Assembly (NCBI GenBank): GCA_963801815.1
Contig: CAWDGJ010000002.1
Span: forward strand, 256,001 to 320,000
Direction: 5' to 3'
Source: an uncultured Verrucomicrobiae bacterium
Lineage (GTDB): Bacteria; Verrucomicrobiota; Verrucomicrobiia; Chthoniobacterales; UBA10450
Length of the DNA stretch: 64,000 nucleotides
The notes beneath the pieces were generated by a model. That model made no database searches. It saw only the letters and a program-made list of their open reading frames with translations, and was not told the origin of the DNA. Shown piece after piece: positions 22,158-33,874 of the stretch. The first letter of the stretch is position 1; each line of letters begins with the position of its first letter. The position numbers and the translations under genes are program-made.

Positions 22158-22613
22158 ATGAATACAAAGGTGATAGGGAAAGATCTGACAAAGGAATCAC
22201 CGCGCAGTCCGCGCATTCGGGTTGGCGGTTACGCAATTCTCGGGCGAACACTCGACAAATGCCGCGCGCTGGTGGGCGGAAATATTGGCGAATACCACTT
22301 CGATTGTCCGCTCGACAACATGCTCTTCGGCTTCAAAGGCGTGAAGGGCGCCGATTTCAAAGCGCAAATCGAGAACGGCGCGAGCGATCAGCAGATGGTG
22401 GAATGGCTAAATCGTAGCGGCGAAACGAAAACGGCCGATGAAATCAAACGTTGGGCCGACGAAGTCACGGATAATAAACCTTACGACAATCCGGAGAAGC
22501 GCGAATGGTTTGTCGAAAATGTGAAACCGCTCGGACTCGATCCGAAAACGACGACGTTGTTCGATTGGCTTGAAGCTGACGATAAGGCCAGCTACGCCCA
22601 GAAAGCGGCGTGA
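22158..22613 (+). CDS. DUF5069 domain protein
   Basis: DLTKESPRSPRIRVGGYAILGRTLDKCRA..GEYHFDCPLD..TLFDWLEADD. Confidence 0.85.
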   Translation: MNTKVIGKDLTKESPRSPRIRVGGYAILGRTLDKCRALVGGNIGEYHFDCPLDNMLFGFKGVKGADFKAQIENGASDQQMVEWLNRSGETKTADEIKRWADEVTDNKPYDNPEKREWFVENVKPLGLDPKTTTLFDWLEADDKASYAQKAA

Positions 22614-22633
22614 GTTCAAGTAGACGGAGCTTC

Positions 22634-22721
22634 AGGTGGATCGAGCAGTCCCTTGCTCGATGCTGAGAATAGCGGCGAAGCCGCATGAATTAACATCGCC
22701 CGCGGAGCGGCCGATCCACCT
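22634..22721. repeat. Palindromic interspersed repeat, AGGTGGATCG family, between convergent genes
   Basis: aggtggatcgagcagtcccttgctcgatg...catcgcccgcggagcggccgatccacct; terminal AGGTGGATCG/CGATCCACCT are a perfect inverted pair. Confidence 0.8.
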
Positions 22722-22723
22722 TC

Positions 22724-24344
22724 TTACGTCTTGATGAACGGCGGCGGGACGTCTTCCGTTATCCCGGCGTCTTCGCCACGACGCAGCTTGCTGTGTCGAA
22801 CGCTGTAAAGGAAATAGATCGTCAGACCAATCGCGAGCCAGACAAAGAATCGAATCCACGTTTCGATCGGAAGACTCAGCATCAGGGCAAGACAAAACAG
22901 GACGCCCAGAATGGGAAAGACCGGCACCATTGGCACGCGGAAGGGCCGCGGACGATTTGGATCCTTTCGGCGCAGCACGATTACGCCGCAGCAGACAAGG
23001 ACAAACGCAAACAGCGTTCCGATATTCGTTAGGTCGGCTAACGAGCCGATGTCTGTCAGCATGGCAACGCCGCCGACAGCGATACCGGTCCAAATCGTGG
23101 TGATGTGCGGCGTGCGGAAGCGCGGATGAATGCGTGAAAAATATTGCGGAAGCAAACCATCGCGCGCCATCGCCATGAAAATGCGGGGCTGACCAAGCTG
23201 AAACACGAGCAAGACCGAGGTGAGGCCGGCGAGCGCACCGGCGCTGACCGAGCGCCTGCGCCCAGGGTTTGCTGGCAAAGGCCGTCGCCACCGCGGCGGA
23301 GTCACCAAGATAAACCGTGTATTTTTTGATGCCGGTGAGGACGGCGGCCATGAGGACATACAGCACGGTGCAGATGATGAGACTGGCGATCATCCCAATC
23401 GGCAAATCGCGTTGCGGATTCTTGGTTTCCTCCGCAGTGGTGGAGACGGCATCGAAACCGATGAAGGCAAAAAAGACAATGGCCGCGCCACTCATGACGC
23501 CGCCAAATCCACTGGGCGCAAACGGACGCCAATTTGTCGGATGGACCATGAAGGCGCCAAACGCTATGACGAAAACCACCACGGCGACTTTGATCAACAC
23601 GATGGTCGTGTTGGTGGTGGCGCTTTCGCGAATGCCGTAGATGAGAAGAACCGTCACCGCAGCTACGATCAACAACGCAGGAAGATCGACGGCGACGGGA
23701 TATCCGAAGATGTGCGGCAGCGTCAGCGGCGAATAGTACTGGGCCGATTCGCCGCCTTGTGAAATCTTGGTCGCAGCCGTGGCCGGATCGGTCACCAGCC
23801 AAAGCGGAATCTTAATGGAACCATGGCTCAAGCTGTAGATTAGTTTCACAAAATAATCCGACCAGCCTTTCGCTACCGCCATGTTCCCGACGGCATATTC
23901 GAGGATCAAATCCCAACCGATGATCCAGGCAATGATCTCGCCCAGGGTGGCGTAGGAGTAGGTGTAGGCCGAACCAGAAACCGGAATCATGGCCGCGAGC
24001 TCGCTGTAACAGAGGGCGGCGAAACCGCAGGCGATCGCGGCCACGACGAACGAAAGGGCGACCGCCGGTCCCGCCGCCGGCCGGCCAAAGATGAGGTCGG
24101 TATGGTGGACGAATGCGATGATGAAATTGAGCACCGGCGTTTTGACGATGGATTCGCCCACATGGGCGGCCTCGCCCGCTGCCGCGGTGCCGGCGAGCGC
24201 GAAAATGCCCGCACCGATGATCGCACCGATGCCAAGGCAGGTAAGATCAAGCGCAGTGAGCGAGCGCTTCATTCTGCGATCGGGCGCGGCGGCTTCGGCG
24301 ATCAACGCATCGGGACTTTTCTTGCGAAAAAGGTGAGAAGCCAT
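22724..24344 (-). CDS. APC-family amino acid permease (CAT-like); indel near 23255
   Basis: GAIIGAGIF, ALCYSELAAMIPVSGSAYTYSY, FFAFIGFDAVST, PRIFMAMARDGLLP, RPFRVP. Confidence 0.93.
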
Positions 24345-24406
24345 GGCTAATTTTCGGTGAATCGTGTCATTGTGGCTTGGCGCTGGTCAACCGCGAAGTT
24401 GGGTGT

Positions 24407-24470
24407 TGTAGCGGTGCTTGTTCTCAAGCACCGAATTAATAGATAGGCGCTTGAGACAAGCGCCTCCACA
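24407..24470. repeat. REP-like double-hairpin element (TGTAG...CCACA)
   Basis: tgtagcggtgcttgttctcaagcaccg-aattaatagata-ggcgcttgagacaagcgcctccaca. Confidence 0.75.
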
Positions 24471-24505
24471 AAAACTTGGCGCGGCACTAGCTGCTAAAGA
24501 TCGGC

Positions 24506-24718
24506 ATGTTCGTCTTCAGCACGGCGAATTTGATCGGGGGATTTGTCTTTGGCTCGATCGGGTTCGTTGCCTTCACTTACGGAAAACGCATGAGCCTGTG
24601 GAAGCCGATGTTTCTCGGCCTCGCGCTCATGGTTTATCCGTACTTCGTCAGCAACGATGTCCTGTTGTTCGCCGCCGGTGTTGCCGGCTCGGCGTCGCTT
24701 TGGTTCATGCGAAATTAG
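24506..24718 (+). CDS. Small membrane protein (70 aa)
   Basis: FGSIGFVAFTYGKR..GLALMVYPYFV; hydrophobic, clean ORF. Confidence 0.75.
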   Translation: MFVFSTANLIGGFVFGSIGFVAFTYGKRMSLWKPMFLGLALMVYPYFVSNDVLLFAAGVAGSASLWFMRN

Positions 24719-24740
24719 CTGCGAAGACTTCGAGACAAAT

Positions 24741-24773
24741 AAAAAGCGGAGCCCGGATTTACGAGCTCCGCTT
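24741..24773 (-). terminator. Probable intrinsic terminator between convergent genes
   Basis: aagcggagc...gctccgctt stem with a U-tract on the minus strand. Confidence 0.65.
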
Positions 24774-24793
24774 CAAATCGCCAGGGCGTGCCG

Positions 24794-25021
24794 TTATCTG
24801 CCGACGGCCATCCCGTTCTCTGTTTCGTGGATCGCACGATCGGTATTCTCAATCGCGCGAAGACGCCAGCCACCTTTGTTATGCTCCGCCGATTGAAGCT
24901 CGGCGCGGGCGGCGCGGAGATGTTCGAGCGCGCGGCGCATGTGTGGCTGGTCGGCGCGTGCAGTCGTGTTGAAAGCGGAAACGGCTATTAAAGCAATGAT
25001 CGTGGTGGTGAGTGTTTTCAT
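24794..25021 (-). CDS. Small exported helical protein
   Basis: Signal peptide ending ARA, then DQPHMRRALEHLRAARAELQSAEHNKGGWR. Confidence 0.75.
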   Translation of the reverse strand: MKTLTTTIIALIAVSAFNTTARADQPHMRRALEHLRAARAELQSAEHNKGGWRLRAIENTDRAIHETENGMAVGR

Positions 25022-25121
25022 TTCAGCGATGTAAGTCGGATGCTTTCATACCGTCAAGTCAGGCATCGCCCCACAAGCCCGGCATGGACGCCGCCAGTAC
25101 AATTTTGTAACCTCCCTCGCC

Positions 25122-26317
25122 ATGTCGGACGAAGCGGCAAAAATTATCCTGGGTGACACCGCGATCTCCGCGATTGAGCGAAAATCCCAGCGCGGGTGGT
25201 TGAGAGGGCGCAAGACACGAAGAGCTACCACCCTTTACTCATTGCGAAAACTGCGGCACGCAACTGACCGGCCACTATTGCTCGCAATGCGGACAGGCCG
25301 CGATCGATTATCGCCGCTCTATTGGCCATGTTCTGCTCGATGTTTTGAACGAGTTCCTGAATTGGGATTCGAAATTCTTCAGCAGTCATCGGCCTTCTCG
25401 TGACCAGACCGTGGCGGCTCACAAATGAATTTGTCGGCGGCAAACGCGTCCGCCACGTCCATCCATTGAGGTTGTATCTTCTTGCCAGCGTCTTGTTTTT
25501 CTTCGCCGTGAATTACGGAGCGAAGGGGCTGCGCTTCGAACCTGGAAAAATCTCGTCGGACAAGCAAGCGGAAGTCGCCGCCGAAATCGAAAAAAAGCGG
25601 GATAAGATCGAAAAGGATCTCGACAAAGAAAAACTGACGTCCCGAGCAGCGTCGCAAGGCCGAGGAAGTCTTGGATTCTCTGACCAAGCCAAGCCCTTCG
25701 GCGACGCCTTCGGCCTCACCCAGCCCCGCCACCTCGCCTGACGGCTTCGGCGACAGTTTCACCGAGCAAAACCGGTAAGCGAGAATACGGAGCAGTCGGA
25801 GATCGGCCGTTCGTCGTCTTTGACGAAAACGAAAAATCATCGACACCGTTCGAACGCTGGCTGGAAGCGCGGGCCAAGGAAAAAATGGGCGAGCACGGAA
25901 CCAAGATGGGCCTCTTCCTCACCACACTCTTCAGCAATCTGCCCTTACATGATGCTCTGCTGCATTCCCCTGTTCGCGTTTGTCCTGAAACTTCTCTACG
26001 TCCGGCGGCGCATCTTCTACATCGACCACCTGATCTACGCGCTTCACATCCACTCGTTCTTCTACACCGGCATCATGCTGATCGTGCTCGCAACAATGGG
26101 ACTGAATCGCGCGATACCGGGAACGTTCGCCGACTGGGTGATCGCGCTGCTTTGGATCACGTTCGTCGTCCAGATTTTCCTGTCGATCCGTTATGTCTAT
26201 CGCCAGGGTTGGTTCATCAGCACGCTGAAATTTTTCACCGGCGGTTTCATCTACCTGATGGTGCTGTTCCTCGCCTTAGCCGCGACCTTTTTCATTACTC
26301 TCGCCATCCCATCGTGA
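25122..26317 (+). CDS. DUF3667 domain membrane protein, multiple indels
   Basis: CENC..YCSQCGQ zinc ribbon near 25240; RPWRLTNEFVGGKR..HPLRLYL; YIDHLIYALHIHSF. Confidence 0.82.
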
Positions 26318-26402
26318 ATAAAAAAATCCCGGCCCCAATTAGCCAAGGCAAGAATCCGAAGCTAATCGTAAAACACGCGCGAACGCCGAGCACGAGCGCA
26401 CC

Positions 26403-29378
26403 CTAGGAAGTCATTGCCGCCACCAGGCGGCCGTGCGCTTCCGTTAGCGCCTTGTCAATCTGGGTCACATCGGTGCCTGCGCCTTGCGCATTCTCGGCCC
26501 GGCCGCCGCCCTTACCGGCAACGATCGGCGAGATCTCCTGTATCAATTTGTTTGCCTGAATTTTCATGGTCAGCTCTTTCGGTATCGACGCGATCAGCGC
26601 CACGCGTCCTTCGGATTCGCCCACCAGGAAGATCGGGCCGCTGAATTGATTCTTCGCAACATCGACAACCGCCTGCAAAAGCTTCGCGTTGGCGTTTGGA
26701 ATCTTTGCGACGCAAATCTTCTGACCGGCCTTCGAGAAAACCAAATCGTTTGCGACTTGCGCGGCCTGCTTCTGCAGCTGCACATCAGCTTGTTTCGCGC
26801 TTTTCTTTTCCGATTCCCGAACCTCGGCATCCAATTTTTCCAACTGCGCTGCGCGCGCGTCGATCTGTCTTAGCATCTCGGCCGTTTGCGCCGTTTCCGC
26901 GAATACAGGCAACGACGCCAGGTCCGATTTCTTCCGGGACAAGATTTCAAATCGCTCCATCTGACGCTGTGCTTCTTCCTTCGCCCAAATCCGCGCCGCG
27001 TCGCCAGCCACAGCCTCAATGCGACGCGTGCCGGCGGCGATGGCTTCCTCTTTCACAATGCGAAACGCGCCAATCTCGCTGGTCGATCTAACATGGGTGC
27101 CACCGCACAATTCCATCGAGTAACCATTCAATTCTTTTGGATCACCGCCGACCTGAACAACGCGAACAAGGTCACCATACTTTTCACCGAAGAACTGCTG
27201 GATCTCTTTGCGCTTCTTCGCGTCCGCATATGGAACTTCAGTCCACGAAACCGGCGCGTTCTCGCCAATCTTCTCGTTCACTAACTTTTCCACATCGTGT
27301 TTCTGCTGCGCGGTCAGCGCCGCACTCGAAAAATCGAAAGTCAATTTGTCCGGGCCGACGTAGCTTCCCTTCTGCGTTGCGTCTTTGCTCACAACCTGAT
27401 GCAGCGCCCAGTGGAGCAAATGCGTCACCGTGTGATGCCCCTGAATTAATTTGCGTCGAGCGCCATCGATTGCGATGCGCACGGCTTCGCCGGGTTCCGG
27501 CGCGCGACCCTGAACAACCGCAGTTCGGTGAACAAAAACGTTCTCGCGCTTCTGAGTATCGAGCACGCGCAACTGACCGACTTCGGTCCGATCGTGACCC
27601 GGGACATGAAGCAGCCCGCGATCTCCAACTTGTCCGCCACTCTCGGCGTAGAACGGCGTTTGATCGAGGACTATGTTGAGCTCTTCGGCGTTCTTCCCCG
27701 GCAATACCGTTTCGACAACGGCCTCACTCTCCACGAAATCATAACCGAGAAATTTTGTCGGCGAAGCGTGGAGCATTCCCTCTTCAACCGTGATCGTTTC
27801 TTTTTTCTGAGCTTTCCTTGCGCGCTCGCGTTGCTCATCCATCAACTTTTCGAAGCCAGCGACGTCGACCGTCAATTCGCGCTCTCTAGCCATTAGTTCT
27901 GTTAGATCGAGTGGAAAGCCGTAGGTATCATACAATTTGAAGGCGTCTTCGCCGGACACTGCAGGGGTGGTAGTAATGAATTGGCGCCATTCGCCGGCGC
28001 GAACTTGTGATGCGTCTAAATCGATAACTGGCACCGAACCTTTGCTTAGCCAAATCGTAAACTCTTCTAGGTCGGGATCGGCTCGACCAGAATACTGCGT
28101 CTTAACATTATATCCCTGGGCTTTCGCAGCCTTCGCCATGCTGTCGAGTAGAACTTGGCCTTCAAATACTTCGATTCCTTTATCGAGGGTCTTATTAAAC
28201 GATTCTTCTTCGCGTTTGATCGTCTCCTTGATCTGTTCCTGTTTCGCGCGCACTTCGGGAAAGACGTCGCCCATAGTTTTCGCGACAATGTCGACCAGCT
28301 TGGAGAAAAACGGTTCGTGAAAGCCTAACGAACGGCCGTACCGAACTGCGCGTCGCAAAATGCGGCGCAACACGTAGCCACGCCCTTCATTGGACGGAAT
28401 GATTCCGTCGGCGATGGCAAAACTCAGGGCTCGGATGTGGTCAGCCACCACGCGAAAGGCAACGTCGACTGCGGACTGCGGATTGCGGATCGCGGAAAGG
28501 TTAGAATCAGGCAGCGTTGATGTGTATTTTTTGCCGCTGAGTTTTTCGATTTCGTCGAAAATGGGCCGAAAAACGTCGGTTTCGTAGTTGGAAACTGTTC
28601 CAGAAAAATCAGTCAGGTCTTTTGTTCCCTGAATAATTGCGGCGACGCGCTCGAAACCCATTCCGGTGTCGACGTGGCGCTGGGGCAAGGGCGTAAACGT
28701 TCCGTCCGGGTTGGCGTTAAACTGAATGAACACCAGGTTCCAAATCTCGATGCAGCGCGGGTCATTTTTGTTTACGAGCGCTCCGCGCGTGTCACCGTCC
28801 GGTGTAAGATCGACGTGCAGCTCCGAGCACGGGCCGCACGGCCCGGTGTCGCCCATCATCCAGAAATTGTCCGCCTTGCCGAAACCGCCGACGTGGATCT
28901 TCGGATCGAGATCGGCATCGCGAAACAATCGCGCCCAGTGATCATGCGCTTCCTGATCGAACTCGCTCGGGTCGTTCGGCCCAGGTTTGTAAACGGTGGC
29001 ATAAAGCCGTTGGGCGGGAAATTTCCAGCGCTCAACCACCAGCTCCCAGGCCCATTCGATCGCTTCCTTCTTGAAATAATCGCCGAAGCTCCAGTTGCCG
29101 AGCATTTCGAAAAACGTGTGGTGATATGTGTCGAGTCCGACGTCCTCGAGATCGTTGTGCTTGCCGCCGGCGCGAATGCATTTTTGGGTGTCGGCGACGC
29201 GGGGTGGTTTCCACTGCGGTTTTTGTTGTCCCAAAAAGATCGGCACGAACTGGTTCATGCCGGCGTTGGTAAAGAGCAGATTGGGCGCGTCCGGCAGCAG
29301 GGACGACGACGGCACAACGGTGTGCTTCTTCTCGCGGAAGAAATCGAGAAACGATTGCCGGATTTGGGCCGATGTCAT
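26403..29378 (-). CDS. alaS: Alanine--tRNA ligase carrying two insertions
   Basis: LLFTNAGMNQF, HHTFFEMLGNWSFGDYFK, DTGMGFER, FKLYDTYGFP, HTVTHLLH, ELCGGTH, GKGGGR. Confidence 0.98.
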   Translation of the reverse strand: MTSAQIRQSFLDFFREKKHTVVPSSSLLPDAPNLLFTNAGMNQFVPIFLGQQKPQWKPPRVADTQKCIRAGGKHNDLEDVGLDTYHHTFFEMLGNWSFGDYFKKEAIEWAWELVVERWKFPAQRLYATVYKPGPNDPSEFDQEAHDHWARLFRDADLDPKIHVGGFGKADNFWMMGDTGPCGPCSELHVDLTPDGDTRGALVNKNDPRCIEIWNLVFIQFNANPDGTFTPLPQRHVDTGMGFERVAAIIQGTKDLTDFSGTVSNYETDVFRPIFDEIEKLSGKKYTSTLPDSNLSAIRNPQSAVDVAFRVVADHIRALSFAIADGIIPSNEGRGYVLRRILRRAVRYGRSLGFHEPFFSKLVDIVAKTMGDVFPEVRAKQEQIKETIKREEESFNKTLDKGIEVFEGQVLLDSMAKAAKAQGYNVKTQYSGRADPDLEEFTIWLSKGSVPVIDLDASQVRAGEWRQFITTTPAVSGEDAFKLYDTYGFPLDLTELMARERELTVDVAGFEKLMDEQRERARKAQKKETITVEEGMLHASPTKFLGYDFVESEAVVETVLPGKNAEELNIVLDQTPFYAESGGQVGDRGLLHVPGHDRTEVGQLRVLDTQKRENVFVHRTAVVQGRAPEPGEAVRIAIDGARRKLIQGHHTVTHLLHWALHQVVSKDATQKGSYVGPDKLTFDFSSAALTAQQKHDVEKLVNEKIGENAPVSWTEVPYADAKKRKEIQQFFGEKYGDLVRVVQVGGDPKELNGYSMELCGGTHVRSTSEIGAFRIVKEEAIAAGTRRIEAVAGDAARIWAKEEAQRQMERFEILSRKKSDLASLPVFAETAQTAEMLRQIDARAAQLEKLDAEVRESEKKSAKQADVQLQKQAAQVANDLVFSKAGQKICVAKIPNANAKLLQAVVDVAKNQFSGPIFLVGESEGRVALIASIPKELTMKIQANKLIQEISPIVAGKGGGRAENAQGAGTDVTQIDKALTEAHGRLVAAMTS

Positions 29379-29453
29379 GACGTCGATTTTATAAGCTGCC
29401 ACTTAAACCACGAATGGACAGAATTGAACACGAATACATAGAATAATTCTCCG

Positions 29454-31053
29454 ATGCCCGAAAGTGCCGAGCCCAGTTCAGGCGCACGCCGCGAACTAAC
29501 CCTGCTGCTGGTGGCGTGGCTTCTCTTAGCCGCCTTCATTGTCTTGTTCGCGAAACAAAACCTGTCCGTGCCAGGACTTTATTACGACGAGGCCGTCTTT
29601 GCCGGACTAGCCAGGGATTTCGTGACCGGTCACGTCCACGGCCAGCACATGCCCGATCACGAAGTTATGACGCTCGCCGGACGGCCCTTTCCGATTTTCG
29701 TCCAAACGTATCTGGGCGCGCTCAAGTGCTGGATGTTGATCCCCGCGTTTCAGATTTTCGGATCGACCTTTGCCGTCTTGCGCGGAAGCAATCTGTTCTG
29801 GCAGCTCATCGCGCTCCTGCTGTTAATGCTTGGCGCGCGCCGATGGCTTGGACTCGGGACGGCCGTGATTGCCGGGGCGCTGCTGGCGTTCGATCCAACG
29901 TATTTTTTCATTTCGATGCTCGATTGGGGAGTCACTGTTCCGAGTTTTGTTTGCCGGTGCGCGTGCTTCTTGTTCGCGATCCGCTGGCGTCAAATGCACA
30001 AACCGAGGGATGCGTTCTTTGTTGGTTTGTTTGCCGGACTCGGATTTTTTAACAAAGCCGACTTCGTCATTTTTCTGATCGCGATTGCGCGCCGCTGCGC
30101 TGATTTGTTATTGGCGCACGCTCTTGGCGGTGATTCGAGAGCATTCGGCCTCTATTGCACTGGCGTGTCTCGGGTTCGCAATTGGCGCGGCGCTAATGCT
30201 GGTTCGAATTCCGCGAATGTTCACGCTCACGATTTCCGGTCCGCATCCGAACGCGCCCGGCGAGTTCGGCGTAAAACTCAAAACACTGCTATCGATGTAC
30301 GACGGCACGCATTTTTACCGACTGATGAATGTCGGCGGTGTGTTCGAGCGAATGTACGACGGTGTCGCCGGACCAAGAGCGGCCATCGGAATCGCGCTGA
30401 TGCTCGCCCTACTGACGTTTGCTTTCGTTTTTGACAAAAGTCTGGCTAACGCCCGGCGCATCATTTTTTTCATTGTCGCAGCAATCCTAGTCACGCTCGG
30501 AGTGTTTTTCCTGCCAGACGCAGTGCGGATTCACCATGCGGTTCTCGTGTTTCCACTGCCGCAACTCATCATTGCGGCAGTCATCGGCCTGGTTTGGAAT
30601 TCAGGGCGATTGCAGCGAACGACCGCTTTGGTCGCGGTGACCCTTGTTTGCCTCAGCGGCCTCCGCTCGATCGCGACTACCGAAAAACTGATTCAGGAAA
30701 CAGGCGGCCGCGGACGCTGGAGTGAGAGTCTGAATCAGTTCTGCCGAGAAAATCGGAATCGGTCCGATCTTACGATCGTAAGTCTGGACTGGGGATTTAA
30801 CGAGCAGCTCATATTTCTCACTGATGGCCCGCAGCTCTCGGAACCATTTTGGCAATTCAATCAAATGCTGCCGCAGCTGCCGACTGATGCCAATTACATC
30901 TATCTCGCGCATCCAGCCGAATACAGTGTCCTCAAATACGACGTTGCTTGCCTGAACCAATTGCAAAAAAGCGGCGCCAACGTGGAGATCACACCGCACT
31001 TGGATCGACAAAACGAAGTCGCGTTCTACACGATCCGCTTTCGACCGCAGTAG
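29454..31053 (+). CDS. GT-C (ArnT/PMT, family 39-like) membrane glycosyltransferase; indel near 30088
   Basis: PGLYYDEA motif after the first TM helix, GLFAGLGFFNK, many TM helices. Confidence 0.75.
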
Positions 31054-31054
31054 A

Positions 31055-32696
31055 TTAGTGCTTCGATGCCGGCGTCGCGTCGGCAACTTTCCAGGCTGCG
31101 CGGAATTGGCGATCGACCTGGTCGGCCTCGTAATTTCGATTCTGCGCTTTTAACGCGTCCCGCAACCCACCCAGGGCTCGTCCGTCGCGCGGATTAAGTT
31201 CGAGATCGTCACGGAAGACCTTCTCCGCGTCCGCGGCCTGATTATTAGCGAGCAAGAGTCTTCCGAGCATCGGGCGGACATGCGGGTACCATGCCGGCGG
31301 TTCGCTGTAGCTCAACGCGTCTTCTGACGCTACGGCTTGCTTCAATGATTCGATCGCTGCGTTGTTGTCGCCCCGAGAATGCGCAATTGCGCCGGTCAAG
31401 ATGTTGTCGTGAACCTTAAAGACGTCGGCGACCTTATTGAGCTGGTCGTACATTTTGTCCGGGGGAATTTTCGCGATCAGTTCTCGGAAATCTTTTTGTT
31501 CCTGCTCCGCTTCTGCTGTTTTTCCAGTGCTGGCGAATGCCACACCTCGAAATGAATGCCACACAGCGTTCGTGATCAGAAAGGCTGCATCTGGTCGCGG
31601 AAACTTTAGAAGGTCGTTCCAACGCTCAAAAGCGAACAACACCACCATCGGCGTCGGCAGAAATCCTTCCAGATCCGGCATCGCCTTAACGCCAGGCGCA
31701 ACGTTGGTCACTAGCTTTGCCGCGGCGTCGCGCGCTTCGGCAAAATTTCCATCCATGCACGCGGCGAACGCGAGGAAATGCATGTTGTGGCTATAATACA
31801 TCAACGGATACACGCCTTGTTCGCGTGTCTGACTGAGAAACTTTTTGTCCGCGGCGATAGCAAGCTCGTTGCAATGCGCCGACGCGATATGATCGCCGAC
31901 GCGCGAATAGATATGGGCCGGCATGTGGACGAGGTGACCTGCAGCCGGCGCCAGTTTTGCCAAACGCTCCGCGCTGGGCAGCGCGCGCTCCGGATGGGTC
32001 GAGGCTTCGACCGCGTGAATATAATAATGATTGGCGCCGAGATGATTTGGGTCGCGTTTCAAAACCGATTCCAGGGTCGCGACAATCTCTTCCGTGCCTT
32101 CGGCCGCCTTGCCGTCCGCTGTCCAAAGTTTCCACGGATTCAGATTCATCATGCTCTCGGCAAAAAGCGTGGCTGCGTCGAGATCGTCCGGATACCGCGC
32201 CGCCAGTTTGCGCATGGCATCGCTGTAGGCGTGATCCAGCGCGTGCAGATCGACGCTTGGATCGTTGGAATAACGGACCACCAGCGCATCGATGTAAGCG
32301 CGCTCGGGCTCGGACGCGTTCTCTTTGAGCGCGACCGCCCGTCTGGACTGCGTCGTAACCCGCGCGCTCGCGTTCGGGATCGACCGGCAAGTTGTAATTT
32401 GGGCCCAGCGTCAAAGCGACGCCCCAGTGCGCCATCGCCAGTTTTGGATCGAGCTCCGCGGCACGCGCGAAAGACCGCCGCGCTTCGTCGTGGTTGAATC
32501 CATAAACCAGCTTCAGTCCTTGATCGAAAAACTGCTGGGCTTGCTGGTTCTTAGTCGAAACCGGATGATGTACTTCGCCAAGGCCAGGAATTAACCGGAC
32601 CGGCGCTTCGGGATTCGGCGTTGCAGCGAGCAATTCCGAAGCAATCCAAACGAAAAAGACGAAACCTAAAGTGCGAGGCCCGGCTCCGCGGTTCAT
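31055..32696 (-). CDS. Exported TPR-like protein; indel near 32340
   Basis: [53 protein letters not shown]. Confidence 0.85.
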
Positions 32697-33730
32697 TCGT
32701 TGTCCTCGGCCAGCTTCGCCTTCACAGCGGCTTCGATTTCGTCGTAAAGCTTACGGTCCTCTTTCAGCACTTCCTTGGCGGCGTCGCGGCCCTGGGCGAG
32801 TTGGGTCCCTTTGTAATTCAGCCATGAGCCGCGCTTCTCAATTACTTGTTTCTCGAGCGCGAGATCCAGAAGTGATCCCGTTGTGGAAATCCCTTCGTTA
32901 TACATGATGTCGAATTCTGCCTCCGTGAACGGCGGTGCGACTTTGTTCTTCACGACTTTAATGCGCGTGCGATTTCCAGTTACGCTGCCGTCTGTCTGCT
33001 TGATCGCGCCGATGCGGCGGATGTCGATCCTGACGCTGGCATAGAATTTCAATGCCTTGCCGCCGGGCGTCGTCTCGGGATTACCAAACATCACACCAAT
33101 CTTCTCGCGGATCTGGTTCGTAAAAATGCAACAGGTGCGAGCTTTCGAAATGAGCGAAGTCAGTTTGCGCAACGCTGCGCTCATCAGCCGCGCTTGCGCG
33201 CCTACGGTTGCGTCGCCAATCTCGCCTTCCAATTCCGCTCGCGTGACCAACGCCGCCACCGAATCGAGAACGATAACGTCGAGCGAGTTGGAACGAATCA
33301 GGGTCTCGCAAATCCGCAGCGCCTCTTCACCCGAACTAGGCTGCGAAACCAACAAATCATCGAGATTCACGCCAAGTTTCTTGGCGTATTGCGGATCAAG
33401 CGCGTGCTCGACGTCGATGAAAGCTGCGAGCCCGCCGCGTTTTTGCGCCTGCGCGATCACCGTAAGCGTGAGCGTGGTTTTGCCGGAAGACTCAGGTCCA
33501 TAAACCTCCACGACTCGGCCGCGAGGAAATCCGCCAACGCCAAGGGCGCGATCGATCAAAATGTTGCCGGTCGGGATGACATCGATGTCGACAATCTTCT
33601 CGCCGCCCAGACGCATAATCGCGCCCTCGCCGTAATCCTTCGCAATTTGCTGAATGGCGAGATCGAGATTTTTGTTTCGTGCTGCGATTACTTTGTCGGC
33701 GCCGGTTTTCTCTTCAGTTTTGGTGGCCAT
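32693..33730 (-). CDS. recA: Recombinase RecA
   Basis: [31 protein letters not shown]. Confidence 0.99.
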   Translation of the reverse strand: MATKTEEKTGADKVIAARNKNLDLAIQQIAKDYGEGAIMRLGGEKIVDIDVIPTGNILIDRALGVGGFPRGRVVEVYGPESSGKTTLTLTVIAQAQKRGGLAAFIDVEHALDPQYAKKLGVNLDDLLVSQPSSGEEALRICETLIRSNSLDVIVLDSVAALVTRAELEGEIGDATVGAQARLMSAALRKLTSLISKARTCCIFTNQIREKIGVMFGNPETTPGGKALKFYASVRIDIRRIGAIKQTDGSVTGNRTRIKVVKNKVAPPFTEAEFDIMYNEGISTTGSLLDLALEKQVIEKRGSWLNYKGTQLAQGRDAAKEVLKEDRKLYDEIEAAVKAKLAEDNE

Positions 33731-33874
33731 AGCGTTTGGGGGGTTTTCTCTAAGTAAGTCGGGCCTGACAGGTTCGCCAAGCAGAAACTAAAAAAAACCG
33801 CCGGTTCAGCCTGTAGTTCGTCTAGCTTCGACAATTTGCACGAAACGGACACTATCGAATATTTGATCCTTAAA

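Noticed and set aside
27961..28160. Intein in alaS
   Set aside because: Too short and lacks the N-terminal Cys/Ser and C-terminal His-Asn splice motifs.
33731..33874. LexA box upstream of recA
   Set aside because: No convincing match to the TGTTC-N4-GAACA palindrome reported for Verrucomicrobia or to other clear SOS boxes.
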